DNA of 64,000 bases from Candidatus Heimdallarchaeota archaeon (GCA_018238155.1 JABCTZ010000001.1:1-64000), one strand, 5' to 3'; shown: positions 20,851 to 30,730, counted from the first letter of the stretch. Numbers and translations are program-made. The notes: generated from the sequence alone by a model not told the origin.

Positions 20851-21258
20851 TCACTCTTCTTTATTGTTATTGACTTTTCGTAGAATCAATGCAATAGTAT
20901 AAGCAATCATGAATGAAGCTCCAACAATTAGAGAGAGAATTATTTGAACATAACTAACATCTGTGTAGATGATTGGACACAAAATCGAGAAGAGTGTCAA
21001 AATACTCCCTTCTAGTATTCCAAGGTATACATTGTACCACACATAAGCATCAACAAATGAAGCCCAAATACGAGCTACACCAAAGGAAATTGCTGCAATT
21101 CCCCACCCACTAGCAAAATAGAATGCATGATTAGGCATATCTGGGTAACTTAGTAATTTAGTCATTACATTGGGAAGAAAAATTAGCGTTAATCCAATTA
21201 CGACATCAACAATTCCGTTAATAAGTAAAACAATTTTAGCAAATTTCATTATAATCAT
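20851..21258 (-). CDS. Small 4-TM hypothetical membrane protein
   Basis: 135-aa ORF with four hydrophobic segments. Confidence 0.7.
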   Translation of the reverse strand: MIIMKFAKIVLLINGIVDVVIGLTLIFLPNVMTKLLSYPDMPNHAFYFASGWGIAAISFGVARIWASFVDAYVWYNVYLGILEGSILTLFSILCPIIYTDVSYVQIILSLIVGASFMIAYTIALILRKVNNNKEE

Positions 21259-21344
21259 TCAAGACAAGTTATTAATCTCTATAAATATTACGAATATCCT
21301 ATTATCAATCAAATGTGTAAGGAAGAAAGAAGGAGCAACCATTT

Positions 21345-22103
21345 TTGACAAAAAGACGAAAGAAATCTCGCAAAAAACGAGGATATCCAGTAGCAATTCT
21401 GATTGGATTTGAATCGAAAGAAGCAGTTCTTTGGCAGATTTTCAGTGAAATGGTGAAGCCTCTCGAGACAATTGCTCTGAGTAAGCAAATAGAACAATTA
21501 GCTGATAATGAGCTCTATAACTTCCATGAAGCAATAATTGATAAAATACGGTTCCACATCAAAGAAGGTCTTAGGAGTGTCATAATTGCTCAACCGAGAA
21601 ATAGTCTATATTCTGTGAAATTCAAAAAGCATATTCAGAAGCATCACAAATGGTTATCCCAAGAGACAAGTTCATCTTTTCTAATGATTGGAACAATAGA
21701 TGGTTGTGCTAAAAATGTGGAAGATGTTTCAGAATTATTTCAAACAGAAACATTTCAAGAGATTGTTAGTGAAACCACAACAAAAGAAGCGAGTAATATT
21801 ATTGAGGAATTAGAAGAACGTCTTGGCAAAGTAACTCAAGGAGAAGTAGTGCTATACTCTCTTCAAGAAATTGAGGAATTATCTTATGGACAATGGAAAT
21901 ATGGGAAACGACAACCTGATTATATCATGCTTACTACTAATTTTCTAAAAAAGAATAAACAAAAACAACGTTTACATCGCCTCTTACAAATACTCGAAAA
22001 TAAAAAAGTGAAGACAAAAATTATTGATGCTGAAACTGCTGCTGGTGAACGGATAAATCAATTTGGTGGGTTGATCTGCTTTACAAAAACCAGTGATATT
22101 TAG
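21345..22103 (+). CDS. Pelota/eRF1-like protein comprising only domains 2 and 3
   Basis: VAILIGFE...LRSVIIAQP (domain-2-like), VVLYSLQEIE...IMLT...KIIDAETAAGERINQFGGLICF (domain-3-like); AGGAG site before TTG. Confidence 0.65.
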   Translation: MTKRRKKSRKKRGYPVAILIGFESKEAVLWQIFSEMVKPLETIALSKQIEQLADNELYNFHEAIIDKIRFHIKEGLRSVIIAQPRNSLYSVKFKKHIQKHHKWLSQETSSSFLMIGTIDGCAKNVEDVSELFQTETFQEIVSETTTKEASNIIEELEERLGKVTQGEVVLYSLQEIEELSYGQWKYGKRQPDYIMLTTNFLKKNKQKQRLHRLLQILENKKVKTKIIDAETAAGERINQFGGLICFTKTSDI

Positions 22104-22170
22104 TAGTATAAAACTAAGAGATATTGTATAGATTGAACGTAAAGCAATTGAAACAAAAAATCAGAATAAA

Positions 22171-22374
22171 TTATTTTTTGGTAGCAATAATTTTAGCGAC
22201 CCGCCCAATCTTCCCAGAAGTGAGTCTTACTTTAATCCCTCGAGGGTGTTGGGGTGAATTTGTCAATATGTCCTTGACTATTCCTTTGGTTAATTTTCCA
22301 GAGCGCTGATTGTATTTTTCAATTACTCGCACTTCTGATCCTATTTTGATGTCCTTGCGAATTGTACCTTTCAT
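22171..22374 (-). CDS. YwbE family (DUF2196) protein
   Basis: R.DIKIG..V...K..QRSGKLT.GIVKDILTNS..HPRGIKVRL..G.IGRV signature. Confidence 0.85.
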   Translation of the reverse strand: MKGTIRKDIKIGSEVRVIEKYNQRSGKLTKGIVKDILTNSPQHPRGIKVRLTSGKIGRVAKIIATKK

Positions 22375-22675
22375 AAAACACTAAACCCATTGGATCTGTT
22401 GATAAATATTGTTATTGTGAAATTTCGGTCCATTATGATATTTTGTAATTCAGACAAGAAGTATCACTAAATCAGTTCTGGATCTAAAAGAAGAGTGTTT
22501 TTGAACATTAGGAATTCATATATAGACATTCAAGGAAACGTGAGGAATAACTAGCTCTGGTAGTCAAGTGATATTGCCAAGAAATGCATTTAACTTTGAA
22601 ATTAAATACGAAAATACCTCAATAGTAAACTATTACTATTAATTATCAAATGAAGATAATTCTGATGGGAATTGA

Positions 22676-22963
22676 ATGAATAATAATGCTGAAGAAATCG
22701 AAAAGCAAGTTCTTTCTCTTGTTCAACAACAGAATAAGGTTAAAATAAATTGGATAGCAAGCATCGTCCTTCTTACAGAGGACGAAATTGTTGATTTAGC
22801 CTCACGTCTCCATATTGAAATTGAAGGAGAGTATCTAATTACTCCTAAGAACAAGAAAGGCGAAGCTAAAAAGAAGACTTTGACTAAAGAAGAGTATGAT
22901 CAATTGTATCCGAAACCTGCACCAACTTTTTGTGATGCAAAAGTATCTAGGTATAAGAAATAA
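22676..22963 (+). CDS. Small hypothetical protein with PCI-like winged-helix segment
   Basis: VKINWIASIVLLTEDEI...IEIEGEYLI parallels VEISDVAKSLAISESQL...FKIDGDFIE in the 13217 protein. Confidence 0.5.
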   Translation: MNNNAEEIEKQVLSLVQQQNKVKINWIASIVLLTEDEIVDLASRLHIEIEGEYLITPKNKKGEAKKKTLTKEEYDQLYPKPAPTFCDAKVSRYKK

Positions 22964-23143
22964 AAAACACAGTAGATTATTCCATCTTAAATACTAACTA
23001 TAATTTTGAGCTACGATCTGTTGTTGCATACTGCAATTACATGTTAGAGGAAGATAATTAATGCTAATATTAAATGTTGATACCAAGAGATATATTAAAA
23101 GATAATAAATCCTTAAAGTGGATATTGCCGGAGAAAAAAAAGG

Positions 23144-25222
23144 ATGTCTATTCCCGAGATTTGGCCAAAGGAGTTATTATTTCATTATTCACGTCTAAGT
23201 GAGAGCCTTCGAGAAGAGTTTCTTGAGAAGGTAAAGAATACAACACCAGAGCGAGAAGATAATCTAAGACGATTTTTATTAGCAATGCACTCTATTGAGG
23301 ATCAACTCGATAATTACCGAGAAAATCCTGAATTCATTTATTTTGTTCTTCATGGATTATTTTATGAGGGGAAGAATGAAAAGATAATCTCAATTTGTTC
23401 AAATTATCCTCAACACCCTGGACTTTTAAATTTGAAAGTTAATGCTCTTATTCAGAGTAGGAAATTTGATGAGATTCCAGAATTATTAATACGAAATGAG
23501 GAGCTATCTCGAGATACTGACCCTGTTCTTCTTATCTCTACTTTAGCAAATGATGTTCTTTTCAGTTATTATAGCCAATCTTTTGATGATGTTCCATTAA
23601 AAATTTTGAAATTGAAGGAGGAATATATCAAACAAAAAGAAATTGCTTCTGCAGATACATTTCTCCAAATTTTTTTACTTCAAGAATATATTCATGGAAT
23701 TTCAGTTAATATCGCAATAAACCGTAGAAAAGGAGACTTGTTAAAAGGATCTGAAATAGGAAAAGATCTAATAGATCAAGCAAAAGAATTCAATAATAGG
23801 TTTTTGTTAAACAGGCTTCTGAATAATACTGCTCTTTGTTTAATTGAAATTGGACGCTTAAAGGAAGGTTTAGCTTACCTTGAAGAAGCGTTTGAGTTTT
23901 CAAGAATACTTGCTAATGAAATTCGGATTGCTTCTTTTGCAAATAATATTGGTTTTATCTACAGGCAATTGGGTTATTTGGATTTTGCTTTAAGATATTT
24001 CGAAATTGCTTCAGATTATGCGAAGCGTTCAAACAATTCCTCACACATTATTGTGGCAACAGATACCAATATAGCACATATTTTACTCGCTTCCGGTCAA
24101 ACAGAACTTGCTCTTACTATGTCTGAAGAAGCACTTCAAGTTATTAAAGAAAGTCAAACATCTATTCCTCCTCGTATCTGTATTGATCTCAAACTTTGCC
24201 GTGCAGATATCTTTGAAACATTGGATAAATATACCGAAGCAACAGATGAACTAGATTTTGCTCTCGCAGAAATAGCTGAAGCAAAACTAACAGCAGAAGT
24301 AGCTAAAGTAAATCTAAGAAAAGCTCATATTGCAGCTCGTCAATCAAATCTAGGTGATGCAAGTAAACTTCTAGAACAAACCCTAGAAATAGCTCTCGAG
24401 AAGAATCTTTTTGAAATCATCATTAATACCAAGTTACAACTTGCTGAGATTGACCTTATCAAGCATAGAATTACAGGACAAGAGCTCCTCCTAAGTTTTG
24501 CTCTAGAAAAAATAGAAGATACAAAACAATTGTGTTTAGAACAAGAATACAAGCTAGTTTTGATTGATGTTTACATTCTTCAAGGACTATTATTATCTTT
24601 AGCGAAAAAACGAAAACAAGGGGTGAAAATTCTAGAACAAGCTATCGAACTCTCTAAAGAGATTAACCTCCCTGAAAAAGAAGAAGAGGCTAAAAAACAA
24701 CTGAAAGAGATAAAAAGTGAAGACAAGCATTTACTTGTTAAAATTTTCACTCGCATGACAAAATCTATTCGTTCTACATTCACTCTCGAGAGTCTTTCTA
24801 AACCAAAAGTAATTGAAACAAAGTTGAAAGCACTTTATATCATTTCTAAACAGATCGGTCTTCCCATTTATGAGAAATATTTTGATGAAGATTTGAAAAT
24901 TGATGCAAACTTGCTCTCAGGTTTGCTAACTGCAATACGAACGATGGGCGAAACACTTCTGGATTCAAAAGAAGGTGGTTTGAAACTTATTGACCATGGA
25001 GATGTAGCTATAATGCTTGAAACTCTAGAAGAATTGGTTTTTGCACTTGTCTTATCTCAAGAGAGTTACTTAATACGAGAAAAACTACGTAATTTTGCTG
25101 AAAACTATTTAGAGAGTGAATTTGCATTCAAAGAAGTAGATGGTTTTGTCATAAAAGATGACAAAGAAATAGCCTCAATTGATGAAATTGTTTCAAAGAA
25201 TTTTCAAGAATTACTTAGCTAA
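23144..25222 (+). CDS. TPR-repeat protein with C-terminal longin-like domain
   Basis: TPR motifs (NNIGFIYRQLGYLDFALRYFEIA); C-terminal ALYIISKQIGLPIYE...DANLLSGLLTAI pattern of Asgard longin-like domains. Confidence 0.7.
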   Translation: MSIPEIWPKELLFHYSRLSESLREEFLEKVKNTTPEREDNLRRFLLAMHSIEDQLDNYRENPEFIYFVLHGLFYEGKNEKIISICSNYPQHPGLLNLKVNALIQSRKFDEIPELLIRNEELSRDTDPVLLISTLANDVLFSYYSQSFDDVPLKILKLKEEYIKQKEIASADTFLQIFLLQEYIHGISVNIAINRRKGDLLKGSEIGKDLIDQAKEFNNRFLLNRLLNNTALCLIEIGRLKEGLAYLEEAFEFSRILANEIRIASFANNIGFIYRQLGYLDFALRYFEIASDYAKRSNNSSHIIVATDTNIAHILLASGQTELALTMSEEALQVIKESQTSIPPRICIDLKLCRADIFETLDKYTEATDELDFALAEIAEAKLTAEVAKVNLRKAHIAARQSNLGDASKLLEQTLEIALEKNLFEIIINTKLQLAEIDLIKHRITGQELLLSFALEKIEDTKQLCLEQEYKLVLIDVYILQGLLLSLAKKRKQGVKILEQAIELSKEINLPEKEEEAKKQLKEIKSEDKHLLVKIFTRMTKSIRSTFTLESLSKPKVIETKLKALYIISKQIGLPIYEKYFDEDLKIDANLLSGLLTAIRTMGETLLDSKEGGLKLIDHGDVAIMLETLEELVFALVLSQESYLIREKLRNFAENYLESEFAFKEVDGFVIKDDKEIASIDEIVSKNFQELLS

Positions 25223-25278
25223 TATAAAAACACCCTTATTGAAAGAATTTATTAAAAACAAGCATCTTATCCTTTCCA

Positions 25279-25485
25279 ATGAAACTATATGATGAATTTG
25301 AAGAAAGAGGATATAAAGTTCAAGCATTTTTACCTACAAATTCTTCAGAAAAAGATTGGATTGTTAAAGTTTTTATCAAAGAAATTAAAATACCTATGAA
25401 TATAGAACCAAGATTTGGAGTGGATTCTAATGATTTACGAGCTCTTGAAGAGGAAACTGCGAAACTCATGGAATCACTGCCTTGA
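25279..25485 (+). CDS. Small hypothetical protein
   Basis: 68-aa ORF with typical codon composition in an intergenic gap. Confidence 0.5.
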   Translation: MKLYDEFEERGYKVQAFLPTNSSEKDWIVKVFIKEIKIPMNIEPRFGVDSNDLRALEEETAKLMESLP

Positions 25486-25501
25486 TTGAAAAATCAAAAA
25501 A

Positions 25502-25828
25502 TCAAGTATGATTAGTTTCTTTCGATTCAGTTTTGTAAGGTTTTGCAACAGTAGCAATGCCAGTTTCTGTTTCCTCCAGAACCCAGTTGAGTATTTTTCC
25601 TAATTTATCAATAGTAATCTTTCCATCAAGTCGATGGTTTTTGTCATACATTGAGAAACCATCCTCATCAAAATGATAACTAAAAATTATGTTCAAATTA
25701 TCCTCTATTTGTTCTTGAGAAATTATCTTTATATCTTCAAATTCACAGCGAGGTCTTAGAGGATTGCCCCAGCCTGTTTCTTTATGAATGAGATCAAGAA
25801 TTATTTTTTCTATTTCTTCGAGTGTAAT
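25502..25828 (-). CDS. Hypothetical protein of about 108 aa, probable ATT start or 1-nt frameshift after ATG 25835
   Basis: Frame open from 25831 to TGA 25502 (ITLEEIEKIILDLIHKETGWGNPLRPRCEF...); GAGG site upstream; track shows only 25502-25696. Confidence 0.5.
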   Translation of the reverse strand: MTLEEIEKIILDLIHKETGWGNPLRPRCEFEDIKIISQEQIEDNLNIIFSYHFDEDGFSMYDKNHRLDGKITIDKLGKILNWVLEETETGIATVAKPYKTESKETNHT

Positions 25829-25990
25829 GTTTCATTCCTCATATTCTCTTATTGCTCCTCTCTTATAAAATTCTAATTGAAAGAAGTTTCAAAAGACGTT
25901 TTTTTTATTACAAAAACTTCTATTCATCTCAGAAAGTAAAGAGAGTGTTTAGAATTTTAAGTTAAATAAATTTACATCGAGGTTTAAAAG

Positions 25991-26375
25991 ATGAAAACTC
26001 TTCAGAGTACAGTTTAATCTTGATATCATAGGGGCTTTTTATCTACAAATCAATCGGCTTGGAGAATCCTTTGGATTCGCAGCTGATACAGGTATTTGGT
26101 TTTTAGGTGATGCAAGTGTAGAAAAGATACTAAACTTTACTGCAGTAGCTGACACAACAGGAGAATATTTTTTATTGGTGGGAAATGGTGGAACCGGCAT
26201 AGCTGCAACTTACGTACTTAACTTTAGCTCGTTAGAAGAAGACTTGGATTGGTGGTGGTATGTTGTAATAGGTTGTGGAGATTTGGTTGCCTTAATTATA
26301 AATATGGTAATTATTTCGCCACTTGTGAAAGGTAAGAAAAAGAAATCCAAAAAGAAATCGAAGAAAAAGAAGTAA
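25991..26375 (+). pseudogene. Fragment of a C-terminally anchored surface protein
   Basis: Frame open from 25995 without an in-frame ATG in its 5' part (out-of-frame ATG at 25991); beta-rich TTGEYFLLVG segment, TM and Lys-rich tail; no signal peptide. Confidence 0.45.
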
Positions 26376-26392
26376 AAATAACTTCCAACTAT

Positions 26393-26956
26393 TTATTCCT
26401 TAGTAGCTATAAGAATAAACGTTGCTTTATTTGGTCTCATCCAACGAGTGGAAAAACCAACTTTTTCACACATAGCAGATAGTTGTTTGGGGGAAAGAAA
26501 TTTGCTTTTGAATCTTAGAAACGCTTCTCCAATTATGAGAAAGATGTTCCAGAAATATTTCTTGTCAAATTCTCTGATAATGAGTTCGCCTTTTGGTGCT
26601 AACATTCTGTAGCATTCCTCTAAAGTCTGTTGCTGTTTTTGGATATGATGCAATGAATCGTTTAGGAAAATCTGATTTATAGCATTTGATTTGAATGGTG
26701 AATTTTCACTTACAGCTTGGATTAGTGGAAGTATCTTTGTATTCTTTTGTGCTTGTTGTAGCATTTCATACGAGTAATCTAAAACAAAGCAATCTTTAAC
26801 ATACTCTGACAATTGGAATGCAACTCTACCCGTTCCACCACCCAAATCGATGAGTAATCCATCTGATTTTAATGGTAAATATTCGTTAATTTCATCCAAA
26901 TCAAAAGGACCCACCAATTTATCATAACTATTTGCAACTCGGTTAAAAATATTCAA
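26393..26956 (-). CDS. Class I SAM-dependent methyltransferase (UbiE-like)
   Basis: LIDLGGGTG motif I, LDYSYEML, SLHH, RMLAPKG. Confidence 0.9.
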   Translation of the reverse strand: MNIFNRVANSYDKLVGPFDLDEINEYLPLKSDGLLIDLGGGTGRVAFQLSEYVKDCFVLDYSYEMLQQAQKNTKILPLIQAVSENSPFKSNAINQIFLNDSLHHIQKQQQTLEECYRMLAPKGELIIREFDKKYFWNIFLIIGEAFLRFKSKFLSPKQLSAMCEKVGFSTRWMRPNKATFILIATKE

Positions 26957-27217
26957 ATATTCACGACCTTAATCAGTTATTTACTATTCTTTCTTACTAT
27001 TTGATAGAGAGATATCATTCGAATGGTTGAAATAAAACCTTTCTTCTTTAATTCTAAAGAATCTTTATTCAAAATCTGAATATTCTAACGTTGAGTTTTC
27101 AGTTAAAATATTTGGTTAATTTGAGTGTATAACCAAAACATGTCATTTATATTCCTCTCTTTTCTGAATAAATGTTTTTAACATTAGACATCCTTTTCTA
27201 TCCTACTGAAAAGTATT

Positions 27218-27994
27218 TTGTGGATGTTTTCATTAATGCGAGCAGCTTTAGTAGTAACTCGACCTGGGAAGTATCCTGAGAAAAACCTAACTGAAATTTT
27301 AGATTACATTCATGAAGCTTCTAGGATGAATGCTGATTTAGTTTTATTCGCTGAAGCAGTTTACACTGGTTTGATAAATACAGGTGACATTCAAAATGAT
27401 TTATCTTTGTTTGTTCCAATTCCTGGAGATGTATCTCAACAAATTTCTTCCACTGCTAGACAAAATAAGATATATGTAGGATTAGGACTTTTTGAACGGG
27501 AAAATGAAAAATATTATGATAGTGCTATTCTTGTTGATAAAACAGGTAAAATTATTCTAAAATATCGCCGGAACTCTGTAGGATGGCATTCCCCTCAAGC
27601 AAATCCTTCTGTTTATTGCCAATCTAATATTATTCCATCTGTTGAAACAGCTTTTGGGAGAATGGCTTTTATAATTTGTGGTGACCTCTTTGAGAATAGA
27701 ATGCTAGAGCAAGTAAAGCGATTAGAACTAGACTATTTACTTTTCCCTCTTGCAAGGTCATTTGATACATCCCAAAAGTTCACTCAAGAGCAATGGGATG
27801 AAGAAATAGAAGATGGATATTTACCTCGTTTTAGAGATCTTCAAGTGCCTACATTAATGGTAAACTACTATTCACCTGAACTTTCAGATAGCAACTGGGT
27901 AACAATTGGTGGTGCATGCGCTATCTCATCAACAGGTGAAATAATAGCAAGTTATCCTATCGCTAAAGAAGGGTTGTTTCTAATTGACATCTAA
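27218..27994 (+). CDS. Carbon-nitrogen hydrolase (nitrilase superfamily)
   Basis: DLVLFAE, YDSAILVD..G....YRR, FIICGD nucleophile motif; likely start ATG 27236. Confidence 0.85.
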   Translation: MWMFSLMRAALVVTRPGKYPEKNLTEILDYIHEASRMNADLVLFAEAVYTGLINTGDIQNDLSLFVPIPGDVSQQISSTARQNKIYVGLGLFERENEKYYDSAILVDKTGKIILKYRRNSVGWHSPQANPSVYCQSNIIPSVETAFGRMAFIICGDLFENRMLEQVKRLELDYLLFPLARSFDTSQKFTQEQWDEEIEDGYLPRFRDLQVPTLMVNYYSPELSDSNWVTIGGACAISSTGEIIASYPIAKEGLFLIDI

Positions 27995-28051
27995 TAATAA
28001 ACTTTGACTGTTATGTCTTCATCTCCTAAGAAAGATTGCGATTTGAAAGCA

Positions 28052-28471
28052 CTATGATTTGTATAACTGAATAGTTCTTAAACAGAACAATTCCCAGATA
28101 ATGTCTTCATTAGGAATGATATATTTTTCATTCTTAATCTCTTCCCAAATTATCTCAGTATATCTCATCACTTCAAAAACATCCTCTAGCATTTTCCATA
28201 TAATACCAAAACTCCTTTTTTTAAGTTCCCAGATTTCATCAATGATAAAATAGAATAATTCCTTACGAGATTTAAATTGAAATCCTACGAATTCTTCTAC
28301 ATCAAAAATTAGTGGATATACTTTTCTAATTTTACTAATATATTCTTGCACTTTATTTCTATCAATTTTTAACTTTGTTAAAAACATGAGCTCAACACCA
28401 GCTACTAGAAGATTAACTGTCTTAAAGATTTTTCTAGAAAAACTATTGCTGTGAGGAAAGTAAATAAACAT
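28052..28471 (-). CDS. Hypothetical protein
   Basis: 139-aa ORF, no motif recognised. Confidence 0.45.
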   Translation of the reverse strand: MFIYFPHSNSFSRKIFKTVNLLVAGVELMFLTKLKIDRNKVQEYISKIRKVYPLIFDVEEFVGFQFKSRKELFYFIIDEIWELKKRSFGIIWKMLEDVFEVMRYTEIIWEEIKNEKYIIPNEDIIWELFCLRTIQLYKS

Positions 28472-28501
28472 ATAATCTAAATAATATATTTGTGAATAGT
28501 T

Positions 28502-29185
28502 ATGAGTGAGATAAACCTACCCTTTGAGTTAAGAGTAACAGCTAATAAGCGTTCGTTTGTTAAATCACTAAAGAATTCATCATGGAATTATAGACTTTCT
28601 ATTCTACTGCTTTTCTTTGCAGTGATAATTAATATTATGCTTATATTATCGATTCCTGTACAAGTAAAAAATTATGAGTTTTATTACCTCATCAAAGAGA
28701 CTATTGTAGGATATGATTTTTATGGTTGTTCTCTTTCTGATATGCCTTTTCCAATTCTAGAATTTGGTTTAACCTACACAACTAATTTTCACATCAATTA
28801 TTGGTTAATGATAGGATTATATTCTTTAATTGGTTCTGGAGTTTTATTACGTTCTCGTTCAGAATTGAGAATGTTAATTCGAAGTTATTATCTAATCCTT
28901 TCTGTGGTTGTATTAGTTGGATCGGTCAAAATTTTTATCATGATTGGTTGTATACGATATTACGTTTTGGCTAATATTTTAGAGTTATCTCTCTTTTTAA
29001 CATTCTTCCCTATTGTTTTTCTAATTCCCATGCATTACATTAATCTAACCAATATCTATCCATCATTCCAAATAAATCAAGAAATTTTATCCAAAAAGAA
29101 ATCACTGATTAGAATGTCAATAATGATTACCTATACAATTGCTGTAGGTGTGATCTATATTGGAATACAAGAAATAATTGCTTAA
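28502..29185 (+). CDS. Hypothetical multi-pass membrane protein
   Basis: 227-aa ORF with about five hydrophobic segments. Confidence 0.65.
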   Translation: MSEINLPFELRVTANKRSFVKSLKNSSWNYRLSILLLFFAVIINIMLILSIPVQVKNYEFYYLIKETIVGYDFYGCSLSDMPFPILEFGLTYTTNFHINYWLMIGLYSLIGSGVLLRSRSELRMLIRSYYLILSVVVLVGSVKIFIMIGCIRYYVLANILELSLFLTFFPIVFLIPMHYINLTNIYPSFQINQEILSKKKSLIRMSIMITYTIAVGVIYIGIQEIIA

Positions 29186-29276
29186 ATCTCTCTCTTTTTT
29201 TTAATCGATAAGGAGTGTTGCACTTATTTTTGTATTTCATGTTATTAAACCTAATTCTTTTAATCAGAATATGGTT

Positions 29277-29718
29277 TCAGATAAACAAGAACAAAAGAGA
29301 TATAATGGAAATATCTATTCGCGAAGCTAATAAAGTAGTAAGTGCTAAGGTGTAAAGAATCCAAAGAATTCTCACTATTGGTTTTGTTTTTAATTTTGAA
29401 AGTGAATAGAGTTTGCCAAGAGCATCATTGAAAATTGCTTCAATTTTCTTTTCTTCTTCTAAATCTATCTGTTTTTTTTGTTACTTCTAAAGCTCGAATA
29501 AATAATATTAGTGTAGTTATTGATAGAGGTCTTGGAATAAATATCATTATACTATGAATAGAATATTTCAAAGAAAATGAATATATTTCATGTAAAATAC
29601 TATGAAATGCTCCATTCCATAAAAACCTAAATGAAAAAATTACTAGGATATTTAATGCAATTGCTAATATTATTAAAAATAATTTTACTCTTTTCTCTGA
29701 ATCAATCTCTTCATTCAA
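29277..29718 (-). pseudogene. Membrane protein gene frameshifted in an A8 homopolymer
   Basis: Removing one A from the run at 29472-29479 extends the ORF with KQIDLEEEKKIEAIFNDALGKLY...ILWILYTLAL to TGA at 29277. Confidence 0.5.
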
Positions 29719-29746
29719 GTTTAATGAAACTATTATTCAAGATTAT

Positions 29747-30730
29747 TTATTTCATATAGCTCTTGATTTTTGCTATTTGTTTCCTGAAACCTTGAGGAAG
29801 TTCTCTAGGATTGAATTTTCCATGTTTCCAAAAGATTTTTTCCAGAGAATTCTCAGGTAAGGATATTTCTTCCAATTTCATACAATTTCTTAATGGTGAA
29901 ATATCCAGAGTTTGAATTGGATTACCAATTAACCAGATTTCTTCAAGTTCAGAACAAACTTCAAGTGGTGAAAAATCGATAGAGCGAAGGTTGTTATATT
30001 CAAGATAGAGCATTTTGAGATTCGAACAATTACTCAGAGGTGAAAGGTCAATTGTTTGCAATTTGTTTCCTCGAAAAGATATCCATTCCAAGCTCTGACA
30101 ATTTTTCAAGGGGAAAAGATCAATCTCTAATAATTCATTGTAAGTAAGCCATAGTTCTTGTAAAACTGGGCAACTGCTGAGTGGAGTTAAATCAATAAAT
30201 GGAAGTTTATTCTCACCGAGATACAGTTGTCGTAATTTAGACCAATCGGATACAGGTAATAAATCAATAGTCTGAAGTTTATTGCCCAACAATGAGAATA
30301 TCTTCATTTCTTTACAATGTTTTAGTGGAGAGAGATCAATTGCAGTTAACTGATTATATTCGAGGTTAATTTCAACTAACTTTGAGCAATTTCTTAGGGA
30401 GAAAAAATCGATTGTTGTTAGTTTGTTATACCCTAGGTTTATTTCTTTAAGATTTTTACAATTGTTTAGCGGTGAAAGATTTATGTCTGTGAGCTGGTTG
30501 GTTAAAAGATACAAGAATTCAAGCTCTGAACAATTACTTAGTGGTATTAGATCAATGGTCTGAATGTTGTTTGTACTTAAGTTTAGTGTTTTAAGATTTA
30601 TGCAATCAATAAGAGGAGAAATATCAATTGATGCAATGCCATGATATGCTAAACTAATTTCTTCAGCTTTTTTACTAAATTCTTTCTCAAAATTTGAACC
30701 ATCAGTTTTAGTTCCACGTAAAACAACCAT
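29747..30730 (-). CDS. Leucine-rich repeat protein (22-aa repeats)
   Basis: About 12 repeats of NxLxxIDLxPLxxCxxLxxLxL; no signal peptide. Confidence 0.9.
   Translation of the reverse strand: MVVLRGTKTDGSNFEKEFSKKAEEISLAYHGIASIDISPLIDCINLKTLNLSTNNIQTIDLIPLSNCSELEFLYLLTNQLTDINLSPLNNCKNLKEINLGYNKLTTIDFFSLRNCSKLVEINLEYNQLTAIDLSPLKHCKEMKIFSLLGNKLQTIDLLPVSDWSKLRQLYLGENKLPFIDLTPLSSCPVLQELWLTYNELLEIDLFPLKNCQSLEWISFRGNKLQTIDLSPLSNCSNLKMLYLEYNNLRSIDFSPLEVCSELEEIWLIGNPIQTLDISPLRNCMKLEEISLPENSLEKIFWKHGKFNPRELPQGFRKQIAKIKSYMK

Noticed and set aside
22171-22374. YwbE as the missing N-terminal domain of the truncated Pelota
   Set aside because: The genes are convergent, YwbE is a widespread independent family, and I see no sequence resemblance to Pelota domain 1
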